A DNA stretch of 64,000 bases from an uncultured Eggerthellaceae bacterium (GCA_910584145.1 CAJTXX010000004.1:10801-74800), one strand, 5' to 3'; shown: positions 1 to 8,485, counted from the first letter of the stretch. Notes: generated by a model from the letters alone, not told the origin. Numbers and translations: made by a program.

Positions 1-1
1 C

Positions 2-448
2 TCCATCGGCGAGTTCGGCATCCATCTCATAACAGCGGCCATCTTCGTGTTCGGCTTCTCCAGCCTCATAGGCAACTACTTCTATGCCGAGGGCAACATC
101 AAGTTCATCAAGGACAACAAGACGGTGCTGTTCGTGTTCCGCCTGGGCTGCTTGGCTGCCATCATGTACGGCGCCATGAACAACTTCTCGCTGGCGTGGA
201 ACCTCGCGGATATCTTCATGGGCTTCATGGCCATCATCAACCTGGTGGCTATCCTGCTCTTGGGCAAGTGGGCGCTGAAGGCGCTCGACGATTACGGCCG
301 CCAGCGCAAGGCGGGCAAGAACCCCGTGTTCCGCGCCGATAGCATCCCCGGTTTGCCGGCGACCGAGTTCTGGCATGCCGCCGACATGGAGGCGTTCGAC
401 GAGGGCATCGTGGGAGTCGCGGTCGAAGAGGTCGCCATTGTGCGATAA
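2..448 (+). CDS. Sodium:alanine symporter (AGCS) family protein, C-terminal fragment; the 5' end lies outside the window
   Basis: The frame is open from the window edge to TAA at 446-448. The hydrophobic C-terminus FGFSSLIGNYFYAEGNIKF...WNLADIFMGFMAIINLVAILLLGKW is typical of AlsT/AgcS-type carriers. Confidence 0.65.
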   Translation, partial: SIGEFGIHLITAAIFVFGFSSLIGNYFYAEGNIKFIKDNKTVLFVFRLGCLAAIMYGAMNNFSLAWNLADIFMGFMAIINLVAILLLGKWALKALDDYGRQRKAGKNPVFRADSIPGLPATEFWHAADMEAFDEGIVGVAVEEVAIVR

Positions 449-464
449 GGCTCGCGTCTGGACG

Positions 465-860
465 GTGCGCGCCGCGTTCGCGCTGGTATTCGCGTGGAAC
501 GTGCTGTGCGCCGTCCAGTTCATCTGCTGGCCGCTATCGTTCACGGGCGCCTATCAACTGGAAGGCGCCGGTGCGGCGGCGGCCGTGCAAGGCTTGGGCG
601 TGGCGTTCCTCATGTGGAATGCCACGTATCCGGCCTTTATCTGGGATCCGCGGCGCTTCAAAGCGCTGGGTGCGGTCGTCGTGGTGCAGCAGGCCATCGG
701 GCTCGCGGGCGAGCTGTATATCGCCTCTTCGCTGGGCGCGGGGCAGGAGCTGCTGAGCCAGGGCATCGCGCGGTTCGTCGGGTTCGATGCGCTGGGCCTC
801 GTGCTGATGGGCGCGGCGCTCTACTTCTTCTTCAAGCCCTCTAAGGCCGCCTCGGCTTGA
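465..860 (+). CDS. Hypothetical small integral membrane protein (about 4 TM segments)
   Basis: ORF 375..860. GTG at 465 just after the upstream stop is the most plausible start. It has hydrophobic segments (AAFALVFAWNVLCAVQFICWPL, GLGVAFLMWNATYPAFIW, LGAVVVVQQAIGLAG, FDALGLVLMGAALYFFF). I recognise no family. Confidence 0.45.
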   Translation: MRAAFALVFAWNVLCAVQFICWPLSFTGAYQLEGAGAAAAVQGLGVAFLMWNATYPAFIWDPRRFKALGAVVVVQQAIGLAGELYIASSLGAGQELLSQGIARFVGFDALGLVLMGAALYFFFKPSKAASA

Positions 861-1012
861 GCACGGCCCTTCTTGCACTCGGGGTCGGCGAGGGGGCAGC
901 GCTTCTTGCAGCCGGTGCAGTGCAGCTCGCGCAGCAGCTTCTTCGGCTTCGCGGCCTTGGCGCTCTTCTTGCGCTCCTTGTCCTTCTTCTTTTTCTTCTT
1001 CTTGTCCGACAT
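821..1012 (-). CDS. Hypothetical small lysine-rich, Cys-containing protein (63 aa)
   Basis: ATG-initiated ORF MSDKKKKKKKDKERKK...HCTGCKKRCPLADPECKK. It has a CxxC plus 2 Cys motif and a poly-Lys N-terminus. Its 3' end overlaps the convergent membrane-protein ORF by 40 nt. There is no family assignment. Confidence 0.35.
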   Translation of the reverse strand: MSDKKKKKKKDKERKKSAKAAKPKKLLRELHCTGCKKRCPLADPECKKGRAQAEAALEGLKKK

Positions 1013-1148
1013 GGTCGCCTTCTCGTCATGCGCTCTCGGGGTGCTCGGCGCCGCCGCTCAGGGACGGCGGGGCGCTCGTTCCATCATACTGCGCCTCTTC
1101 GCGCCCGATGCAAGGGAGGAGCCTACGTTCACCGGGCCGTTGCCTTCG

Positions 1149-1601
1149 CTACCACGGGATAGCCAGATAGCCGACCGCGCAGATGGCGAGCGCGAGCGCG
1201 GCGCCCGCGGTGACATCGCGGGGGTAGTGCACGCCGCCCTTCACGCGGATGAGGGCGAGCGCGCACGCGCAGGCCAAGAGCGCGCCGCCGACGATCGGCT
1301 GGAAGACGAGCCAGGTGCATGCGATGGTGAACATGCAGAAGGTGTGCCGGCTGGGGAACGATTTGCCGTGCGCGTCCTTCGGGATGAGCGGTGCCGGGCC
1401 GCCGGCTTCATAGGGCCGCGGCGCATCCACGGCGGTGCGTATGATGGCGCAGATGGCGAACCCCGCCGCCGGCACGACGATGCAGCGCAGCAGCAGGTCG
1501 CGGTCGAAGAGGGCGAGCAGCACCAGTAAGAGGGGGTACGCCACGTACCCGAGCGCTGTCAGCGCTGCATTGGCGCGGATGAGCCGCTGCGCGCTGCTCA
1601 T
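1149..1601 (-). CDS. PAP2 superfamily phosphatase (membrane-bound)
   Basis: PAP2 signature pieces KSFPSRHT and GGVHYPRDV sit in a multi-TM 150-aa protein. Confidence 0.75.
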   Translation of the reverse strand: MSSAQRLIRANAALTALGYVAYPLLLVLLALFDRDLLLRCIVVPAAGFAICAIIRTAVDAPRPYEAGGPAPLIPKDAHGKSFPSRHTFCMFTIACTWLVFQPIVGGALLACACALALIRVKGGVHYPRDVTAGAALALAICAVGYLAIPW

Positions 1602-1635
1602 CCGCGCTCCCGCTCGGTCTGGTGCACCCCGCGCC

Positions 1636-2853
1636 TCACAGGATGGCTTTGATGCGCTCCACCGCTTCGCGCGTGGCCTCGGCCTCGCCGAAGGCGGTCA
1701 GGCGTATGTAGCCCTCGCCGGCCGGCCCGAACCCAGCGCCCGGCGTGGTTATCACATTCGCCTCTTCCAGCAGCTTGTTGAAGAAGTCCCAGCTGCCCAT
1801 GCCCTCCGGCGTGCGGCACCACACATACGGGCTGTTCACGGCGCCGTACACCGTGAGGCCGGCGGCCTCCAGACCCTCTTTGATGATGCGCGCGTTGCGC
1901 AGGTAGAAGTCGATGATAGCGCGCACCTGCGCGGCTCCCTCGGGCGTGTAGATGGCCGCGGCGCCCTTCTGGATGATGTAGCTCGCGCCGTTGAACTTCG
2001 TCGACTGGCGGCGCATCCACAGCGCGTTCAGGCTCTGGCCCTGGCGCACCAGCTCGTGCGGGATGACGGTGTAGCCGCAGCGCATCCCCGTGAAGCCGGC
2101 CGTCTTGCTGAAGCTGCGGAACTCGATGGCGCACGTCTTCGCGCCCGGTATCTCGTAGATGGTGTGCGGCAGGCCCTCTTCGGTGATGAACCGCTCGTAG
2201 GCCGCATCGAACAAGATGATGGCATCGTTGTCGTTGGCGTAGTCGACCCAGCGCTTGAGCTGCTCGGCGGTGAGCGCGGTGCCGGTGGGGTTGTTCGGCG
2301 AGCACAGGTAGATCAGGTCGGCGGCTGCATCGGGCAGCGCCGGGCAGAAGCCGTTCTCGGCCGTGGTGGGCATGTAGGTGATATCGGTCCAGGCCTCGGC
2401 GTCAACGTCGTATTCGCCAGCGCGGCCCTCGATGGCGTTGCTGTCGACGTAGACGGGGTATACCGGGTCGCACACGGCGACGCGGTTCTCGCGGGCGAAG
2501 ATGTCGCCGATGTTCCCGCAGTCGCTCTTCGCGCCGTCGCTCACGAATATCTCGTCGGGCGCTATGTCCACCCCGCGCGCGGCGAAATCGTGCTCGGCGA
2601 TGGCCTCGCGCAGGAAATCGTAGCCTTCATAGGGGCCGTAGCCCTTGAAGCCGGCTGCGCTCGCCTGCTCATCGACCGCTTCGTGCATGGCCGCCACCAC
2701 CGCCGGCACCAGCGGCTGCGTCACGTCTCCGATGCCGAGCTTTATCAGCTTCGCCTCCGGGTGGGCTTGCTGGTACGCCTCGGTGCGCCGGGATATCTCG
2801 GCGAACAGGTAGCTTCCGGGCAGCTTCTCGAAGTTCTCATTGATCTTGGCCAT
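1636..2853 (-). CDS. dapL: LL-diaminopimelate aminotransferase
   Basis: 405 aa. The N-terminus [20 protein letters not shown] and the whole length are typical of DapL-type class I aminotransferases, and a PLP-lysine context ([10 protein letters not shown]) is present. Confidence 0.9.
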   Translation of the reverse strand: MAKINENFEKLPGSYLFAEISRRTEAYQQAHPEAKLIKLGIGDVTQPLVPAVVAAMHEAVDEQASAAGFKGYGPYEGYDFLREAIAEHDFAARGVDIAPDEIFVSDGAKSDCGNIGDIFARENRVAVCDPVYPVYVDSNAIEGRAGEYDVDAEAWTDITYMPTTAENGFCPALPDAAADLIYLCSPNNPTGTALTAEQLKRWVDYANDNDAIILFDAAYERFITEEGLPHTIYEIPGAKTCAIEFRSFSKTAGFTGMRCGYTVIPHELVRQGQSLNALWMRRQSTKFNGASYIIQKGAAAIYTPEGAAQVRAIIDFYLRNARIIKEGLEAAGLTVYGAVNSPYVWCRTPEGMGSWDFFNKLLEEANVITTPGAGFGPAGEGYIRLTAFGEAEATREAVERIKAIL

Positions 2854-2911
2854 GCAGGTTCTCCTTATCGTCGGGCAGGTCTTCAGGCACGGGCGCGGGG
2901 CGCCACGGGTA

Positions 2912-3331
2912 TCAGCGGTAATAGACGGCGCGGTTGTTCGGGGTCTCGTCCACCTCCACCTGGGTGACGGGCAGCCCCATGTTCGCCAAGCAGTCGAAGA
3001 AGAAGCGCGCCAGGTTCTCGGCGGTGGTGCGGAACGGCAGCACTTTCATCTGGAAGCCCTCGGCCTCCAGCGCGCGGATGGTCTTCTTCTTGAGCGTGCC
3101 CTCTTCGACGAGGAACGTATGGTCGAACTCCTCGGCCAGGCCGCGCACGATGCTCTTGAAACGGCCGAAGTCGCATACCATGTCGCGCTCGGTCCCTTCG
3201 GCTCCCAGCGCCTCCGACACGATGATGACCTCGAGCCGCCAGCGGTGGCCGTGCAGGTTCTCGCATTTCCCGTGGTAATCGGCCAGGAAATGCGCCGAGT
3301 CGAAGAATGCTTCGGTCCTCAGTTCGTACAT
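2912..3331 (-). CDS. queD: 6-carboxy-5,6,7,8-tetrahydropterin synthase (6-pyruvoyl-tetrahydropterin synthase family)
   Basis: 139 aa. It has FDSAHFL...[11 protein letters not shown] (Cys plus His-x-His zinc/catalytic motif) and the overall QueD/PTPS layout. Confidence 0.85.
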   Translation of the reverse strand: MYELRTEAFFDSAHFLADYHGKCENLHGHRWRLEVIIVSEALGAEGTERDMVCDFGRFKSIVRGLAEEFDHTFLVEEGTLKKKTIRALEAEGFQMKVLPFRTTAENLARFFFDCLANMGLPVTQVEVDETPNNRAVYYR

Positions 3332-3476
3332 GGCGCCTCCATCGTGTCCGCGGGTGGGTGTAGGGGCTATTTTGGCAGAAATGCCGCGGATTTGGGATGG
3401 GATGTCGCGTCTTTCCCTTGGGTCGAATACTATGGTCGTTGATAGGTTGCATGATGCGCGCGATGAAGGAGCGGAA

Positions 3477-4739
3477 GTGGCTGAAAAGGCGTATGCGAGG
3501 GCTCAGGCGGGATACGCAGCAGTAGGGGAGCGGTATCTGGAGGCGCTGCGGGAGCGCGGGCTCGCGTTCGAGGATGCCGAGACTGGCGAGGCGGAGCAGC
3601 GCGCATGCGCCGAGCTGCGCGCGCGATTGGCCGAGCGCGGCGTGAGCGTGCGCAACGGCGGGGCGTCGCTGTCGTGGGGGCATCTGTCGCCCGCGTGCGT
3701 GGAGTGCACCGGGGCGCGGGGCTCGGAGACGTTCAGCACCACCTTCAAGTGCCACCGCGATTGCTACTTCTGCTTCAACCACAACGTGGCCGATTATGAG
3801 CGCTTCGTGCGCGAGGGCTGCCCGTGGGAGGAGGGCATCGAGCGCGCCGCAGCTGAGCGCAGCTTGGCGTGCATCGGGCTGACCGGCGGCGAGCCGCTGC
3901 TGAACCTGGACGATTCCATCCGCTTCCTCGAGCGTGCCCGCGAGCTGTTCCCGCAGGCCCATCTGCGCATGTACACCTCGGGCGACCTGCTGACCGAAGA
4001 GGGCGCGCAGCGCTTGCGCGACGCTGGCCTGGCCGAGATCCGCTTCAGCGTGAAGGACGACGACCCGCCCGAGATGCAGCAGCGCGTGCTCGACGCCATG
4101 CGCCTGGCGAAGCGCTACATCCCCAGCGTGATGGCCGAGATGCCGGTCATCCCCGGGTCGGACGAGCATATGCGGCATCTGCTGCGCACCTTCGACGAGG
4201 TGGGGCTCGACGGCATCAACCTGCTGGAATTCTGCTTCCCCTTCTGCAACTGGCCCGAGTTCGCCCGCCGCGGCTTCGTGCTGAAGAACCCGCCGTTCGA
4301 CGTGATGTACGACTACGGGTATTCGGGCGGCCTCGCGGTGGCTGGCAGCGAGCGGCTGATACTGGAGCTGATGGGCTGGGCCATCGACGAGGGCCTGCGC
4401 TTGGGGCTGCATTATTGCTCGCTCGACAATAAGCACCGCTCGGAGATGCGCCAGAAGAACGAGCGCGCGAAGGGGGCGCACCCCTGCCTCGTCTTCGACG
4501 ACGAGGATTTCTTCCTGAAGGCGGCGAAGGTGTTCGGCGATGACGTGGCGGTGGCCGCGCGCGTGCTGGACGGCGCCGGCGGTGCGGAGCGCATCGAGGA
4601 TGCGGAAGAGGGGTCGCTCGCGTTCAACCCAGAGCATGCCGACGCCGTGCGGGCGGCGGGCGCTGAGGTGCACACCTGCTATTTCGTGTACGAGAACGGC
4701 GAAGACGGGTCTTATCTGGTGGATGTGGCGCTGCGCTGA
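3477..4739 (+). CDS. Radical SAM protein of unknown function
   Basis: It has a CHRDCYFC (CxxxCxxC) cluster motif followed by GLTGGEPLL. GTG at 3477 is preceded by GAAGGAG; the alternative in-frame ATGs are at 3432 and 3402. At about 420 aa it is much longer than canonical QueE. Confidence 0.8.
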   Translation: MAEKAYARAQAGYAAVGERYLEALRERGLAFEDAETGEAEQRACAELRARLAERGVSVRNGGASLSWGHLSPACVECTGARGSETFSTTFKCHRDCYFCFNHNVADYERFVREGCPWEEGIERAAAERSLACIGLTGGEPLLNLDDSIRFLERARELFPQAHLRMYTSGDLLTEEGAQRLRDAGLAEIRFSVKDDDPPEMQQRVLDAMRLAKRYIPSVMAEMPVIPGSDEHMRHLLRTFDEVGLDGINLLEFCFPFCNWPEFARRGFVLKNPPFDVMYDYGYSGGLAVAGSERLILELMGWAIDEGLRLGLHYCSLDNKHRSEMRQKNERAKGAHPCLVFDDEDFFLKAAKVFGDDVAVAARVLDGAGGAERIEDAEEGSLAFNPEHADAVRAAGAEVHTCYFVYENGEDGSYLVDVALR

Positions 4740-5539
4740 AGGATGAGGTAGCGGTTCAGCGCTCCTGCGCCGTCGGCTGAGAAGCGCGCCACCTCGCGCG
4801 TGCCGGGCGCTGCGGCTGCGAGCTCGCTCAGCTCGCTCTCGGTGAAGCTGTGGCAGTAGCGGTAGGTGCCGCGCGCGTCTCGCCATCCGAGCAGCTTGTC
4901 GTTCGGGTCGTCGAGCACGATGCCCAGCTGCTGGCATCCGGCGCGCGTGGCTTCCTCGGCCTTGCGCGCCAGGCGGCTGCTCCGCAAGAACTGCCAGCAG
5001 GCGATGGCGATATAGCCGCCCGGGCGCGTGCGGTCGGCCAGTGCGCGCATCAGCTCGGCCCGCCATGCGGGCAGGGGGATGTGGTGCATGAACCCGAAGC
5101 ACACGGCGAGGTCGCATGCGGGCACCGGCAGGGGCGAGGCCGCGGCGAGCGCAGCGGTCAGGTCGATCTGCTGGAAGCGGACGGTCGCTCGCGTGCGAGG
5201 CGCGGCGCCAAGGGCCGATATGCTGGTGGCGGTATCGGGTGCGACCGGTCGCGCGCTGCTGCAAGCCTCGGCTTGGGCCAGGTGCGGGCAGCTGTCGAGC
5301 GCGAGGTATTCCAGCTCGCTTCCCACAGGGAGCGCATCCTCTAAGAAGCGCAGGAAGCGCATGTTGCCGCAGGCGGCATCGAGCACGCGCAGCCGCTGCT
5401 GCGCCGCGAGCCCGCATTCGCGCGCCACGCGCTGCCAACCGGGCCACCCCCGCTCCCGCGTCTGCGAGAACGAGGCGGCGTTCTGCTCGTAGAAAGCCTG
5501 CGTCAGCGCATTCAGCTGCATTGCCAGCGAAGTATCCAT
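4712..5539 (-). CDS. Trm9/ALKBH8-like SAM-dependent methyltransferase (putative tRNA wobble-uridine methyltransferase)
   Basis: From ATG at 5539 (MDTSLAMQLNALTQAFYEQNAASFSQTRERGWPGW). It has the motifs FSxTRxxxWP, LDAACGN, FMHHIP, GGYIAIACWQF, YRYCHSFTESEL and a C-terminal NRYLILQR. These parallel the Trm9/ALKBH8 methyltransferase-domain motifs as I recall them. Confidence 0.7.
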   Translation of the reverse strand: MDTSLAMQLNALTQAFYEQNAASFSQTRERGWPGWQRVARECGLAAQQRLRVLDAACGNMRFLRFLEDALPVGSELEYLALDSCPHLAQAEACSSARPVAPDTATSISALGAAPRTRATVRFQQIDLTAALAAASPLPVPACDLAVCFGFMHHIPLPAWRAELMRALADRTRPGGYIAIACWQFLRSSRLARKAEEATRAGCQQLGIVLDDPNDKLLGWRDARGTYRYCHSFTESELSELAAAAPGTREVARFSADGAGALNRYLILQRSATSTR

Positions 5540-5680
5540 AGGGGAGATTATCGCACGATGGGCCCTCGCCATCGGCGCCCGGCGCGGTTCGGGAGAAAAT
5601 GGGTGCTGGCGTTGGTCCCGCACCAGCACCCTTCCCGATACACGCACGTTGCGCTTGCGCGCAAAGCATGCGTGGCAAAG

Positions 5681-5686
5681 TATAAT
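5681..5686 (+). promoter_or_regulatory. Candidate -10 box (TATAAT) for elp3, possibly a leaderless transcript
   Basis: A perfect TATAAT lies 9 nt upstream of the best elp3 start (GTG at 5696). There is no Shine-Dalgarno sequence between them. Confidence 0.3.
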
Positions 5687-5695
5687 CAGAAAACC

Positions 5696-7660
5696 GTGAA
5701 CGAAACGTTACTTGAGATAATAAACGCAATACGCGCAGAAGAGGCTGCGCCTGACGCTGCTGCGCGCCCGCTCGACGACGCATGGTTGGCGTCGGTCGTG
5801 CGCAGGCGCAACCGCGAGATGCGCGACGGCACGCGCCAGGTGGCGAAGAAGCGCCTGCTGCCGGCGTACCTGCGATTGCGCCGCGAGCAGCCGGAGGTGC
5901 TGGCGGCGTGGGGCGCGCCTGCGGGCAGCGCGGTGGATGAGCGCGTCATACGGCTGCTGCGCTCCAAGCCGCGGCGCACAGCCTCGGGCGTGGCGACCAT
6001 AACGGTGCTGACGAAGCCGTGGCCGTGCGCGGGGACGTGCGTGTTCTGCCCGAACGACGTCCGCATGCCGAAGAGCTATCTGGCTGACGAGCCCGCCTGC
6101 CAGCGCGCCGAGCGGTGCTCCTTCGACCCGTACCTCCAGGTGCTCGCGCGCCTGCGGGTGCTAGAGGATATGGGCCACGTGACCGACAAGGTGGAGCTGA
6201 TCGTGCTCGGGGGCACCTGGACCGACTATCCGCGCGCGTATCAGCTCTGGTTCATCGGCGAGCTGTTCCGTGCGCTCGCCGAGGCGGGCACGCCCGAGGC
6301 TGAGGCTCGGGCTGCCGAGCGGCGCCGCTCCTACGAGCAGCTGGGCGCTGCCTCGCCTGTGGGAGCGGCTGCTGCGGTGCAGCGGCAGGTGGATGCGGGC
6401 AGCCTCTCCTACAACGAGGCCTGGGAGCTGCTGTATGGCAGCGGGAGCGCCTGGGCGCAGGCGGCTCGCGCGCAATGCGGGACGCTCGCGGAAGTGCAGC
6501 AGTGGCAGCAGCGCGATGAGCTGGCTGCGCATCGCTGCGTCGGGCTCGTGGTGGAGACGCGGCCTGAGGCTATCTCGCCCGCAGAGCTGACCTTCCTGCG
6601 CCGCCTCGGCTGCACGAAGGTGCAAGTGGGCATCCAGAGCTTGGACGAGCGCATCCTAGCGGGTTGCGGGCGCCCGGTGCCGCTGTCCTGCATCGAGCGC
6701 GCCTTCGCGCTGCTGCGCCTGTTCGGCTTCAAGTCGCACATGCATATGATGGTGAACCTCCCGGGTGCTACGCCGGAGGGGGACGCGCGGGAATACCGCC
6801 TGCTCATGGACGATGCGCGCTTCCGCCCTGACGAGCTGAAGCTCTACCCGTGCTGTTTGGTGGCGAGCTCGCGCTTGGGCGCGCTGATGGAGAGCGGCGC
6901 GTGGCAGCCCTACAGCGAGGACGCGCTGGTCGAGCTGCTGGCCGCCGATGTGGCGAGCACGAATCCTTACGCCCGCATATCGCGCATGATACGTGACATC
7001 TCGGCGACCGATATCGTGGCGGGGAACAAGAAGACGAACCTGCGCCAGATGGTGGAAGCGCGCTTGCAGGGAGCGGGCGCGCCGGAGCCCCCGATAGGGG
7101 AGATGCGCCTGCGCGAGATCGGCACGGCCGAGGTGGACGCGCGCGACCTGCATCTGGAGGTGCTCCCTTATGAGACGACGGTGAGCGAGGAGCGCTTCCT
7201 GCAATGGGTGGATGGCGACGGCCGGTTGGCGGCGTTCCTGCGCCTCTCGCTGCCGAAGGAAGAGGCTCTGCGCGGTTTGCAGGGCGCATGCGCCGAGGAC
7301 GGCCTTCCCGCGCCCGGCCAAGCGATGATCCGCGAGGTGCACGTATATGGCAAGGTAGCCGCCCTGCACGAATCCGGAGAACCCAAAGGGACGGGGCAAA
7401 TGGCACTTTGCGCAGAGAGGGGAGGGTCTGCTTGCTCGGCCCCCGTTTCGTCTGCGCAAGGTGCCATTTGCCCCGTCCCTTTGGGTTCTGAGGGAGCGCA
7501 GCATGCGGGGCTCGGGCGAGCGCTCGTGGCCGAGGCGTGCGCGCAGTCGGCTGCGGCGGGCTTCACCGCCGTGAACGTGATAAGCGCTGTGGGCACGCGG
7601 GAGTATTACCGCTCGCTCGGCTTCGAGGATGCGGGCCTCTACCAGTGCAAGCAGCTCTGA
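5696..7660 (+). CDS. elp3: Elp3-type radical SAM / GNAT acetyltransferase (tRNA uridine-34 modification enzyme homologue)
   Basis: It has the radical SAM motif CAGTCVFCPNDVRMPKSY, a central Elp3 region and a C-terminal GNAT domain (REVHVYG ... QHAGLGRALVAEA). The ORF is open from 5558; GTG at 5696 (VNETLLEII) is favoured. It contains a palindromic insert at 7378-7489. Confidence 0.85.
   Translation: MNETLLEIINAIRAEEAAPDAAARPLDDAWLASVVRRRNREMRDGTRQVAKKRLLPAYLRLRREQPEVLAAWGAPAGSAVDERVIRLLRSKPRRTASGVATITVLTKPWPCAGTCVFCPNDVRMPKSYLADEPACQRAERCSFDPYLQVLARLRVLEDMGHVTDKVELIVLGGTWTDYPRAYQLWFIGELFRALAEAGTPEAEARAAERRRSYEQLGAASPVGAAAAVQRQVDAGSLSYNEAWELLYGSGSAWAQAARAQCGTLAEVQQWQQRDELAAHRCVGLVVETRPEAISPAELTFLRRLGCTKVQVGIQSLDERILAGCGRPVPLSCIERAFALLRLFGFKSHMHMMVNLPGATPEGDAREYRLLMDDARFRPDELKLYPCCLVASSRLGALMESGAWQPYSEDALVELLAADVASTNPYARISRMIRDISATDIVAGNKKTNLRQMVEARLQGAGAPEPPIGEMRLREIGTAEVDARDLHLEVLPYETTVSEERFLQWVDGDGRLAAFLRLSLPKEEALRGLQGACAEDGLPAPGQAMIREVHVYGKVAALHESGEPKGTGQMALCAERGGSACSAPVSSAQGAICPVPLGSEGAQHAGLGRALVAEACAQSAAAGFTAVNVISAVGTREYYRSLGFEDAGLYQCKQL
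7378..7489. repeat. Palindromic element (29-nt perfect arms, 38 nt with 1 mismatch), in-frame inside elp3
   Basis: agaacccaaagggacggggcaaatggcac at 7378-7406 is the exact reverse complement of 7461-7489. The arms extend to 7415 and 7452. The centre resembles the core of the elements at 43428 and 54316. Confidence 0.8.
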
Positions 7661-7751
7661 TGGGAGATACGGCGCCTACCGCCAGAGCCGGCGATGCGCG
7701 GAGCTCGGCGTTCCCTATCCGCGGCCGCGCGGCTGCTGCCGCGGCCCGGCC

Positions 7752-8354
7752 TTAGAGGGCGGCTTTGATGGCTTCCAGCAGCTCGGCGTATTCGGTGTAG
7801 GCGGGCACATCCGGGTGCTCGGCGCGCAGGGCGTCGGTGGTGCGGAAGAAGAACCCGGCCTTCGAATCCAAGATCATCCCCACGTCGTTGTACGAGTCGC
7901 CCGAGGCGATGGTGTCGAACCCGGCGTCGTGCAGCGCGCGCACCGTGGTCAGCTTCGTCTCCGGGCAGCGCATCTGCCAGCCGGTTATCTCGCCGGTGGC
8001 CTCGTCGACCACGAGCTCGTTGCAGAAGATCGTGGGCCATCCCAGCTTCTCCATGAGCGGCTTGGCGAACTGCGAGAACGTGTCGGATATGATGATGACC
8101 TGCGTGAGCTCCCTCAGCTCGTCGAGGAAGGCGCGGGCGCCCGGCATGGGGTCGATGGTGGCTATAACCTTCTGTATCTCGGTCAGGCCCAGCCCATGCT
8201 GGCGCAGGATATCCAGCCGGTATGCCATCAGCTTGTCGTAGTCGGGCTCGTCGCGCGTGGTGCGCTCCAGCTCGGGGATGCCGGCCGCTTTCGCGAAATC
8301 TATCCAGATCTCGGGTACCAGCACGCCTTCAAGGTCTAGGCAAACGACGTTCAT
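7752..8354 (-). CDS. thrH: Phosphoserine phosphatase / homoserine phosphotransferase ThrH (HAD family)
   Basis: 200 aa. MNVVCLDLEGVLVPEIWIDFA...TTRDEPDYDKLM...IISDTF...GDSYND closely parallels Pseudomonas ThrH as I recall it. Confidence 0.8.
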   Translation of the reverse strand: MNVVCLDLEGVLVPEIWIDFAKAAGIPELERTTRDEPDYDKLMAYRLDILRQHGLGLTEIQKVIATIDPMPGARAFLDELRELTQVIIISDTFSQFAKPLMEKLGWPTIFCNELVVDEATGEITGWQMRCPETKLTTVRALHDAGFDTIASGDSYNDVGMILDSKAGFFFRTTDALRAEHPDVPAYTEYAELLEAIKAAL

Positions 8355-8485
8355 GGGGGCTCCTTCTGCGCCTCGCGCGGTCTGTTCCCGAAAAGAATAG
8401 CGCGGATGCGGCGGTTTGCGCGGGCATTTCGGCGAATGAGGGAGAGCAGGCCTTATAATCGGTGCAGGAAGCGGAAGGAGGCGGC

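Noticed and set aside
2883-5783. A 966-aa minus-strand ORF spans queD, the radical SAM gene and the methyltransferase region.
   Set aside because: It is Arg/Ala/Pro-rich and low-complexity. It runs antisense or out of frame to genes with clear family motifs. This is a typical stop-codon-poor artefact of high-GC DNA.
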